DNA from: Octopus vulgaris
Taxonomy: Eukaryota
NCBI GenBank assembly: GCA_951406725.2
Contig: OX597830.1
Coordinates: 46,996,001-47,060,000 of the forward strand
Reading direction: 5' to 3'
Length of the DNA: 64,000 nucleotides
Both the position numbers and the translations under genes were made by a program. Of this stretch, positions 25,864-38,968 are shown piece after piece. The stretch's first letter is position 1. Each line of letters opens with the position of its first letter. The notes under the pieces were generated by a model. That model was not told the DNA's origin and searched no databases. It saw nothing but the letters and a program-made list of their open reading frames with translations.

Positions 25864-25971
25864 CTCTGAAGAGGCCGTGGGGCATCCTTGTTAATGCCTC
25901 ATTTATACCTGCCTTTATGGCTTATAGGTTAAATGAGGTATGACTGCCCTCACTGCCGAAACAGCTGTCAG
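25864..25971 (+). ncRNA. Type-I hammerhead motif with a long stem II
   Basis: CT-CTGAAGA-GGC[long hairpin incl. CCTCATTTA/TAAATGAGG]GCC-GAAA-CAGCTG-TC-AG; palindromic stem III ACAGCTGT and GUC triplet; stem I is short. Confidence 0.7.
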
Positions 25972-26342
25972 TTTTTGATTTATTTGCATATTATATTTGA
26001 AATTTTTTACTTATATCTCTTTATCTTTTTACTATTACTGTATATCTCATTTCATTTTATATATTGCCTTTACTCATATGTAATGGTGTATTATAGTATG
26101 GATTGAGTATCATCGGATAGTTGATGTTTTACTGATTTAAGTATGTTTCTCCATTCTCTAATTTTGTAGTATTAATTTACGGTAATATTATTACCTTTAC
26201 CCATATAATACAATAGATGAACTGATTGTTTGACAATTTTTAACATCTGTGTATTAATTTTGTTGGGTACCTATCTAGCAGTATATTGGATATATATTAT
26301 CCCATGGTGGGTTGAATTTTCAACCCCTATCTCAATTTATAA

Positions 26343-26933
<591 letters not shown>

Positions 26934-27059
26934 TGATAAAAACGGTAAGATAACAAAAGAAACAAAGAGAACTCGATATTATGTAAATAGAGGAATTTAT
27001 CTGTAAATATCGGTAGCCTAGATAAAACTCTGAGTTCATAGCGTTTTTCCGATGGCCGG

Positions 27060-27116
27060 ATAACTGAAGAGATGGTGGCGTGTATTTCCACCTCGGCATC
27101 CGAAACTCAGTTTTAT
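27060..27116 (+). ncRNA. Type-I hammerhead motif
   Basis: ATAA-CTGAAGA-GATG..CATC-C-GAAA-CTCAG-TT-TTAT; one extra C at the base of stem II. Confidence 0.65.
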
Positions 27117-27189
27117 ATTGGCTTCCGAATAATTGTCACATAATACATTTACAGATATATATATATATGTATATAAATATATATATAGA

Positions 27190-27480
27190 AACACATGGTC
27201 CTCAGTTCAGTCCCACTGTGTGGTAACTTGGCATGTGTCTTCTGCTATAGCCTGAGACCAACCAAAGCCTGGTCAGTGGATTTTGTAGACAGAAACTGAG
27301 AGAAATCAGTTGTATGTATATGTATGTATATATGTAAGTCTATGTGTGTGTCTTCGTGTTTCTCTCTCATCACTGCTTCACAACTGGTGTTCATTTATTT
27401 ACATCCCCATAACTTACTGGTTTCACAAGAGGAAACAAATAGTTAAGTACGAGGCTTATCAAAATATAAAACAGCACTAC
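27190..27480 (+). mobile_element. SINE family C, degenerate
   Basis: B-box-like AGTTCAGTCCC and body ACCAAAGCC..AGTGGATTT..GTAGAC; its 3' part is related to 35755-35960. Confidence 0.7.
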
Positions 27481-27599
27481 GAAGTGTCTCATATTTTTGT
27501 TTGCCTACTCAGTTGTATCTATCAATTTATCTTTGTGTATGTGTGTATGTGTGTGTGTATACATATATGTATACACACACACACACATATATATATATA

Positions 27600-28592
27600 T
27601 CTTTATATATATAAAACTGAAAATGTCTGTCTGTCTGTGTGTGTGTTTCCCTAAAACTTGAGAACTACTCGGCCAATTTCATTCAAATTTTATACATGCC
27701 TTACTTAGGGTCCATGTAGTTTCATGGGCAAAAAAATGTTCAACTTCTTGCCTAGAGCGAGCCCATAGCAATATCATATCTTCTCCACTATTTCAGTATT
27801 ACGTGTTAAAAGTGAAACAAAAACGTTTCTCTATTTTATATCAGATACTTTCACTTTAACAATAAAAATAATAATAACAATCGAATTATATGTAGTAAGT
27901 AATAATTAAAATCAAACTAAAGTATAATATAATCGTAACATAACAAAAGTAAAAATAGCAATTGGTATAAAATTGCATCAATGACTTGAACTTGAATAAG
28001 TGGTTTCACATGACTGGGAATAAATTAAAAATAAAATTAGCGAGCAGAAATGGAATAGTCCAGATGGATAATAAAAAATTAAATTAAAGAAAAGACTATT
28101 GTCTATAAAGTATACAATATAGAAAAAAAAGAAGATTTGAACGCCTGGAGGAAAGCACCATCGAAAAGTGTCTTGGTGCGACTATGATATCTAACCAGAG
28201 GCGGTAAATTCGCTACAATAGAAGCAAGGTTCGAGTCAACTGAGTGTGCAAGGGAGTACTCGACTCGAACTTGCAAAGTGGAAATTTTTTATTTTTACTT
28301 TTAAAAATGCCTCCCCCCCCCCAGAAGTTGAGGGAGGCTGGATTGTAGCCATACTTCTATACAAGAGGGAGGACAAGATACAATTGATCGAAATTGCAAG
28401 AGACGGGCTTACAATTCCAGTTTGTTATATATTTTGAGTATTGTTATCACTAGCGATATCAAGATATAACTTTGTATTTTGTATTTTATGTGTAAATGTA
28501 TATATAGATGTACATGTAATATGTACACATATATATACACATATATACATGCACTAGCACTATGACCCGGCAACGACGGGTCATAATGCTAG
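27600..28592 (+). mobile_element. Complete non-autonomous Helitron
   Basis: Inserted between A and T. 5' end TCTTTATATATATAAAA with (CTGT)n; 3' hairpin TATGACCCG-GCAACGA-CGGGTCATA; terminal CTAG. Confidence 0.88.
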
Positions 28593-28643
<51 letters not shown>

Positions 28644-28915
28644 ATATATATATATATGTGTACACACGCACACACATATTAATTTTCCTACACTTTGATA
28701 ATTTTCCATATCTTGTCATCTGAAGTAGCTGGAGATACTAAAGTGTGACCAAAAGAATCGGCTATTGCAAGCAAAATTAAATATTGACAAAAACGCATTT
28801 GGACATGCGCCACCTTAACATAACTGCAACGATATATATATATGTAACCGCGTGTGTACCGTTGGCGATTTTTTTTTCCTCCGTCTTCCCTTCTTTGGAT
28901 CTTTCCTTTTCCTAT

Positions 28916-28950
28916 GTTTCTGACGAAGAGCTCCGCTCGAAACGTTAAAC
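28916..28950 (+). ncRNA. Minimal type-I hammerhead motif
   Basis: GTTT-CTGACGA-A-GAGC(TCC)GCTC-GAAA-CG-TT-AAAC with palindromic AACGTT in place of stem III; lies in a ~210-bp unit (28843-29050) flanked by TA repeats. Confidence 0.8.
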
Positions 28951-29318
28951 CCTTCTTCTTTCCTTCTCTCCTGAGCGTCCAATAACACTATACTTGTTCC
29001 ACGTCCTCGAGTTGTGTTTTCTCTTTGTGTTTTTATGTTTGGATTAACTTTATATATATATATACATAGTCTACAGCAACAGTTGTAAGTTTGTTGGAAG
29101 CAACTCTTACAGTGTCGATTACACCTATATTTGGAGAGTGACTGTTGGTGCTATATAACGGTGTAGGGAGGGGGTGAAGGTTAACGGAACCTGTGTAACT
29201 GGACATTTCCCAGACTGTTTTTCTTCTGTACAACGGCCTCTGTGCCTCGAATAAAAAGGTTTTGTGAAACTTCCCGCATTGTCAGATGCTTTCTATTTTC
29301 TCTCTTTATTCCGTTCCT

Positions 29319-29411
<93 letters not shown>

Positions 29412-29686
29412 AAGCAAAAGACGAATACAGGTGTATGAACAACAAGCAGGTGTAATAATTTGACGCTCGGGAAAAATGAAAGTCTTTCGTGCCTACGCTC
29501 TTTAACAGAACGGTTATATACACACACACACACACACATATATATATAAATATATGTATATATATATATATATGATGCAGGATAAAATGTATATATATAT
29601 ATAAAAATCTACATATATATATATATATGCATACATACACACACACACACATATATATATATATGCATACATATATACAAACATAC

Positions 29687-29727
<41 letters not shown>

Positions 29728-29737
29728 CATATATACA

Positions 29738-30033
29738 TTACTTTAGATTACTTAGATCAGTTTCGGCCAAAGTTAGCCCGGGCCATGTCTAATTTTATAG
29801 CCCCACCTGGAAGAAATACACAGTCAGCTTTTGGGTACCATAGCCCATTCGAGCAGAGTTATTGTTTTCAAAGACAAAGACTTATATGGGTGTGGGTGGT
29901 TTGTCTAGTATTCGTTGGAGGGAACCATCTAGTGACCGTTTGAGTCCCGTGAAATCACTTTCTTCCTTTGTGTGGGTTGGCTCCACGTTGGAGAGAACAG
30001 GGCCAGTTGAGGTGAAATGTTTCTGTCGTAGTA
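29738..30033 (-). mobile_element. 5'-truncated 3' end of the CR1-like LINE family
   Basis: [35 protein letters not shown] aligns with the ORF2 C-terminus of both long copies and has the same 3' UTR motif. Confidence 0.9.
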
Positions 30034-30034
30034 T

Positions 30035-30074
<40 letters not shown>

Positions 30075-30136
30075 GCGCGCACACACATACACACACAAAC
30101 ACACACACACATACACACACAAACACACACACACAA

Positions 30137-30169
<33 letters not shown>

Positions 30170-30182
30170 CACAAACACACAC

Positions 30183-30222
<40 letters not shown>

Positions 30223-30774
30223 GCTTCGTGTGCTGTGAGGGAGTGTTATGGCCTGTCTCAAACACAGAATAACTTATTCCAATATTCCAATAATTCCATA
30301 AAATTCGTTCTGTTTGGTTTAATTCCTTCCTTCGTTCCCCTGTCCTTCCACCTGACACCATTATTGTGGAAGGCAAGAAAGCAAGGCAGCACAATGTCAC
30401 ACAAACAGCTGTTGAATTCATTTATTAGTGCGCTTGTTAATTCCGCTGTAGTTGCTGTTGTCGATAATGACAATGATGATGATGATGATGATGATGGTGT
30501 TGGCTGTGGTGGTAGTGATGGTGGTGGAGGTGTTGGTGGTTGTGCTATGTTTATTTTTAGCATTTTTCAAGATAATTTTCCTCGCCGTCGTCAACCTCCT
30601 CCGCATAACATTGATTTTTTACAATAATTGTTTCGAGTGAGAAACATTTGCATGGGAAATAGTGACGAGAAAAACAACAAATAAATGCTCAACAACAACA
30701 ACACCACCAACAACGACACCACTACCACCACCACCACCACCACCACCACCACCAACAGCAATAATAATAATCGT

Positions 30775-31334
30775 AAAGTTTTCAAATTTTGGCACTGTTA
30801 TTTCGGGGAAAGGGTTAAGTCAGTCGATCCCAGTGTGCAAATGGTACTTATTTATCGACCCTCGAAAGGGATGAAAGTCGAAGTTGACACCTGCGGCGTT
30901 TGAATTCAGAACGTAGCGACGAGCGAAATACCTGTTTCTTTACTACCAACAAGGGGCTAAACACAGAGGGGACAAACAAGGACAGACAAACGGATTAAGT
31001 CGATTATATCGACCCCAGTGGGTAACTGGTACTTAATTTATTGACCTCGAAGGGATGAAAGGCAAAGTCTACCTCGGCTGAATTTGAACTCAGAACGTAA
31101 CGGCAGACGAAATATCTATTTCTTTATTACCCACAAGGGGCTGAACATAGAGGGGATAAACAAAGACAGACATAAGTATTAAGTCGATTAGATCGACCCT
31201 AGTGCGTAACTGGTACTTTATTTATCGACCCTGCAAAGTCGACCTCGGCGGAATTTGAACTCACAACGTAACGACAGATGAAATACGGCCACGCATTTCG
31301 CCCGGCGTGCTAACGATTCTGCCAGCTCGCCGCC
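30775..31334 (-). mobile_element. SINE family A internal trimer
   Basis: Head at 31334 followed by three repeated internal units. Confidence 0.9.
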
Positions 31335-31383
<49 letters not shown>

Positions 31384-31475
31384 TTATAATAATAATAATA
31401 ATAATAACAATTATAACAATAATAATAACAACAATAATAATAATAACAACAACAATAATAATAGCGATAATAATA

Positions 31476-31694
31476 ATCCTTTCATACCCTATTATAGGCA
31501 GAGGGTATGAAATTTGCAGGCGGGGTATAGTCGATTACATCGACCCCAGTACTCTACTGGTACTTAATTTATCGATCCCGAAAAGATGAAAGGTAAAGTC
31601 GACCTCGGCGGAATTTGAACTCAGAACGTAGCGACGGGCGAAATGCCGCTAAGCATTTCGTCCAGGCTGCTAACAATTCTGCCAGCCCGTCGCC
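31476..31694 (-). mobile_element. SINE family A monomer in an (AAT)n tract
   Basis: Full head, B box and central block. Confidence 0.9.
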
Positions 31695-31695
31695 T

Positions 31696-31726
<31 letters not shown>

Positions 31727-31773
31727 CAACAGCAATGAATGAATTTCCCTTTAGTATATGTGTGTCGATGTGT

Positions 31774-31837
<64 letters not shown>

Positions 31838-32007
31838 CTTTTAGTGTGTGTGTGTGTGTATGTGTGTGTGTGTGCGTGTCTTTTAGTGTGTGTGTGTGTG
31901 TCTGTTTGGAGTTTGTTACAAATCTATTGAGGAAACAGTCATTAGTTAGTCTGTGTTAGCATGCATTTGTGTTTAAGAGCGTGTCAGCATGTGTGTGCGT
32001 GCGTGCA

Positions 32008-32038
<31 letters not shown>

Positions 32039-32209
32039 GCAGAGTGTAGGTGCTTGTATGTGTGCGTATGCCTGACTGCATGTGGCAGCCAACCCAGACA
32101 GAATTCCAATTAGTGTTGCAGGGGTGGGTAGAGAACGAATGGGGTGGGTCACAGTATGGAGACGAAGACTCATGGATGGCTAAGCATGATTAGAACAACA
32201 CTGAGATTA

Positions 32210-32264
32210 TCACAACTACCAGCAACAGCAGCAGCAGCAGCAGCACCACCACCACCACCACCAT

Positions 32265-32296
<32 letters not shown>

Positions 32297-32420
32297 TCAC
32301 CACCACAACCACCACCATCATCATCATCAGCAGCAGCAGCAGCTGCAGCAGCAGCAGCAACAGCAACGACGACAACGACGACGACGACAACAACAACAAC
32401 AACAACAACCAACAACAAAA
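32210..32420. repeat. Compound trinucleotide microsatellite (CAG/CAC/CAT/GAC/CAA)
   Basis: Directly visible. Confidence 0.95.
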
Positions 32421-32479
32421 GTACCATCTCTGCAACTACCACGACCGTCTTTGTAACTAAAATCATATAATTTTAGTTA

Positions 32480-33497
32480 TATAATAGGAGAGGGTGCCCA
32501 AAAGTGGAAAAGCACAGAAAAAACATACTTCCAGAAGGAGGGAAAAGGACATAAGTCCAGGCCCTCAAATAAAATATACGAGACAGACAAAAGATGGAAG
32601 GGATGCTGGGAGCTGGTCACGGATTTGGAACGACTATTACTATTTCCACTCATAAAAACGACAAAAAGACCGGACTCGATCCTATGGAACACAGAACGAA
32701 GAATTGGAATAATACCAATGCCAGGGGAAGAGAACATCGCTAATGCAGAGGAACGGAAGGAGAAGAGGTACGAAAAATTAATAGAAGAGTGCAGAGAACA
32801 GGGATGGACTGTCGAGTATTATCACCTGACAGTGGGGGCTAGGGGCTTCATTGAAAGGAAGATGACAACGTTATTCAAAAGAAGGTTTGCATTTTCAAAC
32901 TCAGAGCTGAGAAAAATAATAAGGAGAATACAGGAGGCAGACGAAAAGGCCAGCTTCTATATATGGCTGAAGGGAGAAGACCAAAGATGGCTTGAAAGCC
33001 ATAACATGCCACCAGGGAAATAACATCGCTAGGTGAGACTGGCTGTTGCTTAATCAGCATCGCTGATTGACAGGTAGCGGTCTTGTTCATGGCGCCCATT
33101 CCGCCTGGTTTGAAGGCTTAGACCACCAAACAGCTCTGGCTGCTGGAACTGAAACTAACACGACACGAATGTTTAGAGAGGGCGCTGGCTAAGATTACGC
33201 GCCCTTCCCCTCCATTGGTTAGTTGAAGTTTAGACAGTGTCACGTGACAACTGGCTGGTGCTGGCTGTTGGAGCCTACCAGCGAGTATTTAAAGGGAAAT
33301 TTGGCCGGATGGTCGGTCGCCCACTGACATTCGTTGACGCTGGATCGAAGGGGCCAGGGAACAAAAGAAAAATGGAGAAAGAGGAAATGCACTCAACACC
33401 AGAGCTGAAGAAACCTCCGAAAGTGGGGGCCCCACCACGTCGAAAATGGTAAAGGAGTTGGGGCCGAAAGCTGGACGTAGTTCCTCTTGATGATGTC
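32480..33497 (+). mobile_element. 5'-truncated Hero-like (RLE-class) non-LTR retrotransposon
   Basis: WELVTDL..TTKRPDSILW..PGEENIANAEERKEKRY..CREQGW..VGARGF..KASFYIWLK matches the Hero restriction-like endonuclease C-terminus (stop at 33023). Candidate TSD TTTAG(T/C)TA at 32472-32479 and 33498-33505. Confidence 0.8.
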
Positions 33498-33592
33498 TTT
33501 AGCTACTGGATCCTATAAAAGGAGCTGTTGAGGTAGCAAACCACGAAACGTGGTTCGAATTCCCCCACATTGCCATCATACCAAATCTCCTC

Positions 33593-33627
<35 letters not shown>

Positions 33628-34297
33628 GACAACAGCAGCAGCAACAACAACAATGCTGGATAATGTTGTCATTGATGCTCCATGCATAAATAGCTGAACG
33701 CTCACGACTGGAACGCCTTCGATCATTGGTTTGCTCAGTTAAGGTTGCCTTCGGTTTGAAGAATAACAAAAGTAAAGCATTAACTGCAGCATCAGCACAA
33801 AACATCATCTGCGCAATACTGTTTCCACTCCATTCCGAACGACCCCCACCACATCCCCACCCCACCCGACCGAGGGTTTGCTTGGCTGCTCTACCGGCTG
33901 GAATTCGGAACCAAATCGTGTTTGAGAGAACACTGAGTTAAGTAATGCCTTCCTGCTTTCCCTTGTGACTCTCTTCCCTCCTCTCCGCTTCACCTCGAAG
34001 AGATTGCCATATCTGCAACGCCTTTAGGCAGCGACTTGGCTGAATCGTTAGCACACCGGCTCAAATGTTTATGTTCTGAGTTCAAATTCCGACGGTGTCG
34101 ACTTTGCCTTTCATCCTTTTTGGACTTCTGATCAGGAGGCGAGGTTTTCAAAATGCGGATTTGCAAACAGGTTTTACTTCACTCTGAAAGTTCCTAATTT
34201 GAACATTCATACCTGGGCGCTGGACTGTATGGGTGTATGCATGTAAGTACGTACCTATACGCGTATTTATGTATATATACGCAAAACTGTACATACA

Positions 34298-34339
<42 letters not shown>

Positions 34340-34412
34340 CATACATACATACATATACATACATACATACATATATATACATACATACATACATACATAC
34401 ATACATACATGC

Positions 34413-34461
<49 letters not shown>

Positions 34462-34575
34462 CATACATAGTTAATCCAAACAAGAAAACACAAAAAAACA
34501 CAACAACGCGAGGACGTGGAACAAATATAGTTGAAATTTACAGAAAAACGAAGACAGGTGTATAAACAACAGGCT

Positions 34576-34619
<44 letters not shown>

Positions 34620-35754
34620 TATATATATATGCAAATATATTCACAAACCCATATACGAATGTGTGGTAATGCACTTGTGAAAACGATATACATTATACAC
34701 ATATGCCTACGTGTGTAGACATATATGTGCGTATGTGTGTGTGTGTGTGTGAATATGTATGTGTATGTGTTGTGTCTATGGCTTGTATATACTCGTATAC
34801 ATGCATACACACACGCCTGTACAAATATATCTGTGATTGCTGGTACACTATATTGATAACCTATATATATGTGTATGTGTGTGTATGCGTGTGTGTGTGT
34901 GTGTGTGTGTGTATTTATATATCTTATATATATATATATATATGAATATCCGTTTCTGTATATGTGTATATATGTTCAGGTGTGTATATGTGTGTGCCTG
35001 GATGTCTCTTTGTGTCTATATGACCGTGTGTAAATTTTGTCAATAGATTGATACCAATATTATCACAAAAGCAATTTTCATACAATATTCATAAGTCACC
35101 CAATCTAGACCGTTATGCAGGGCCACAATATATCAAATCTCTCTCTTCCCTTCTCTCTCTCTTTGTGCCTCTCCTCTTCTCATTCTCTTTGTGCCTCTCC
35201 TCTTCTCATTCTCACTCTCCACCTTGTTCTCAGTCTATCTCTACCTTTAACTCTCGTCTTCTTGCTCTTTTTCTCTGTCTTTCTTTTCTGGTGTATGAAT
35301 GCATATATGTCCATATTTATGTGTGTCTGTGTGTGTGTTCGTGCGTATAAATGTATATATGCTCTCAACGCAAAGTCAATAATCCTGATTTGTGCTTGGG
35401 CGCGTGTGAAATTAGGAACTCCATTCACATTCGCCAGCTATTAAGTATTTCAAACTATTGATCTTCTCCTTTTCCCATATTTATAATATTTATATTCATG
35501 TTTTCACTAATGGTTGGAAAATAATAGATTGTGCTTTTCTCTAAGACCAGACGTAATTTCTCGGAATTTTTACGAGGTGCCATTCAAGTGGCATTTCTAT
35601 AGAATATATTTGGAAGGTGGTCGTCAACAAAATTTGGCTAGAATTTTGGCTGTCCACGAGAGAAATAACCGTGTAGACTTTGGAAGTCCAAGTGGCGCCA
35701 TCTGGGGTGAGATTAAACATTAGAACGTATTGAACCAGTCGCATGTGGGTATCG

Positions 35755-35960
35755 TTTCTCTTTTATTTGTTTCAGTCATTAGACTGCGGCCATGCTAGAG
35801 CACCGCCTTGAAGAATGTTTAGCTGAATGAATCGAACCCAGAGTTTAGTGTTTTTTAAAGCCTGATGCATATTCTATCGGTCAGTTTGGCCGAAACGCTA
35901 AGTTACGGGAATGTAAACTCTCCAGCACCGGTTGAAAAGCGGTTGTAAGAGACAAACACG
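35755..35960 (-). mobile_element. SINE family C 3' half
   Basis: Tail GGCGGTGCTCTAGCATGGCCGCAGTCTAATGACTGAAAC on the minus strand. Confidence 0.75.
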
Positions 35961-36770
35961 GTCATTCAAGGGTGTTAGAAGTAATGAAAATCTTTGTGGG
36001 ATTTGAACTCAGAACGTAAACATATAGGTAGAATTTTGTCTGACTCTCAACCTATGTGCACTATTTACCGTTCTTTACTGTACTGGAGAACTGATTTCTA
36101 ACTCTGGTCAGAACCACAAACATTCTGGAGAAGTCCGAGACGATTGCTTGGTACTTATTTATTTAACGACCACAAAAGTAAGCGAAACAAACTTACCGTT
36201 GACAAAACTTTGAATTCAGACCATAAAAAGGCGTAACTAAAACGTAAGATGTTTTTTCTGCTTCCCCACTGGTTTTGATACTCCATGCCTAACTAATATT
36301 CATATGCGTTTGGGTATCAAACACGTAGAACGAGGAACCTTGTCTTTAAAGCAATAGGTTGCACAAAAGTATAAAGCCGTGAGCTACTCCTGGTGCAGTT
36401 TTCCGGATGCCAGTCGTGACGGACAGTGTTTTTTGGAGGTCTAAATCTAGCAAATCCCATTTAACTATAGATCCGATCACGACCAAATTCTTGTAGAAAA
36501 TGAGGGAAGGAGTAAGGGAGAGAGAATCCGGCCTTGGTACTCTATTGTTTCGATTCCAAAATAATAAAAAGTGAAGTTACTCTCAGACATTAACTGTGCA
36601 GCTCTATCCATTATTTCTAACCATTATTTCTATTGAAAATTAAAATTAAAATAAAACAACGTTACCATTAGATTTTATAGCGTTTTTATGCTTTACAAAC
36701 TCTGCATCGGATTTTCGGTGTAAAACATACGCATATACATGTAAAAAAAGCATATAAACATATACACAAA

Positions 36771-36815
<45 letters not shown>

Positions 36816-37329
36816 GTTACAAATATTTATATCTATTTATATTCATACATTCATATTCTCTCTTCATCCCCCTTTCTGTATATGCATGTGTGTATATACC
36901 ATAAAATTACTATCCAAAATTTCAATAGTAAACTATATTAAGCGTTTCAACATGGCTGCTACAACGTTTAATGACGTTTGTGCGATCATTCACCGACATA
37001 AGCATATATCTATGTATACATGGCGGGTGGGGTGGGGGGAATGTACTATGAAGAGTTTATTCTGCATTTTTGACTTTGAGACAAAATGTATTTTATACAA
37101 ATGTTTTGCAACCTTATATTTTTTACAACCTTAAAATCGCTAAGCAAACGACTTTCTCCAAATGCATTAAGAACACTATAACATATTCAGAACACTATTT
37201 CAGAAAACTATTAGAATTCTGTTGGGGGCAAAACGAGTAAGAAAGGATAAGGTGAATTTGCCTCTTCAATTCTCGAGAATTGCATTTGGAAGCATTCAGA
37301 TCATTGTCCATTCTTAGACATCAGAAAGA

Positions 37330-37435
37330 TCAGAAATGCAACAAAAATTTAAAATATCTCTGGAATGAAACAAAAATTTTAAATTTTTCAGGAATACAAC
37401 TAAAATTTTGAAATATCTCAGAAATGCCACAAAAG
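37330..37435. repeat. Diverged ~29-bp minisatellite (about 3.5 units)
   Basis: TCAGAAATGCAACAAAAATTTAAAATATC-like units. Confidence 0.7.
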
Positions 37436-37915
37436 AGCATCAGGGAAAATGGCAGATGGCATGGAATTAACAAAACTAAATCTAAAAGCAAAACATAAAA
37501 TCTTTTCTATAGCTTCCTCGCGATGAGCTGGAGTGGCCCTCTTCCCGATATATTTACGCACCATGCAGTTACGTGGAAATAATTATTGAAATTAGCCATT
37601 ACTCATTTTACCCCATCTTAGATATCATTTTTTGAAAATTGAGAATTTTAAAATTAAACATTAGTGAGGAGAAAAAATTAACTTGGAATCCAACAGCGAA
37701 AAGGATATTGATTGTTAGACACTAAAAAATTATCGAAATGTTTTATTAGCAACCTCAATTGCAATCGGGTCGAAGTTGAAGAAAAATCTGAACTGCCAGT
37801 TTTTGGTGTTGCAGGAGAGCTGTTCGTGTCTTTCTCAAACGCCATCCACCATGCTTAGTAATCGACGGATTGCAAAGATATTAGGCCAGACATTGGAACT
37901 AGTGAAGACATAAAA

Positions 37916-37956
<41 letters not shown>

Positions 37957-38465
37957 ATGTGTGTGTGATACCTAATTTGCAATAGTTATATATTTGTTAA
38001 TTGTCTTACGAATGATATGAAATATTGGATATATCTCTGGTAGTTTATATGTCTCCGATTTGGTTCCGTAGTTTATTAGTCAACTTGTGAATACTATAAA
38101 TGTTGGTCCATAGTGAAAGGGTTATTACACATGGAGACCTGAACAGAATGATATTAATGAAAATGAATTCTGACGGAGGGAATAGAAAAGTCTAAATAGG
38201 TAACTCTAACTAAACTATGAAATGTTTCACTGTTCCTTCGCAAGAAAGAATTAATGCATAGTTTTTCGATTGTAAATGAACGAAACATGGATGGTTTCAA
38301 ATCAGCCTAACTGTCTTGCAGTCTCCATTACATATGAGCAACTTGATTTAGTTGGGTTTGAAACTCACTACCTTACATTCGGATATAAATATTTAAAGAG
38401 TGAGCAATGAAAAGAGATTTATACACAAACACGTTCATTGACAATAGTTATAAATATATATGTAC

Positions 38466-38538
<73 letters not shown>

Positions 38539-38571
38539 GGAGTAAACATATCGGTTCTATTCCAGCAAAAA

Positions 38572-38609
38572 CTGTCCGACGAACGGGAACGTGAAACTCA
38601 GAGTAACAG
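38572..38609 (+). ncRNA. Minimal type-I hammerhead variant
   Basis: CTGT-CCGACGA-ACG(GGAA)CGT-GAAA-CTCAGAG-TA-ACAG; U4C variant in the core; sits in a ~105-bp island inside (TA)n. Confidence 0.7.
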
Positions 38610-38675
38610 GTTTTGTTGAATTTTCTGCTGCTTTAAATAAAGTATATATATATATATATATATACTTATTCACAC

Positions 38676-38788
<113 letters not shown>

Positions 38789-38926
38789 TACATATATATA
38801 TATAGATATACACATTCATACGCACACATATATTACATTGAATTGCATAGTTTTCTGGAATTTTGCCACTGCAGTAAATACAAATTATTATAGTCATTAT
38901 TATTATTGTTGTTGTTATTATTATTA

Positions 38927-38968
<42 letters not shown>

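Larger units (their letters stand above)
24620..26170. repeat. ~1.55-kb palindrome (arms 24620-25359 and 25404-26170, 44-bp spacer)
   Basis: By eye the arms are reverse complements throughout, except in the (AAT)n tract. Confidence 0.95.

Noticed and set aside
33400-33497. Hammerhead in the Hero 3' region (CTGAAGA ... GGCC-GAAA)
   Set aside because: Stem II is not adjacent to the core and no valid NUH site with stem I was found.
33503-33865. Cys-rich 120-aa ORF or polyQ exon
   Set aside because: Composition is driven by a CAG/CAA repeat; the plus-strand Gln frame has nearby stops and there is no recognisable domain.
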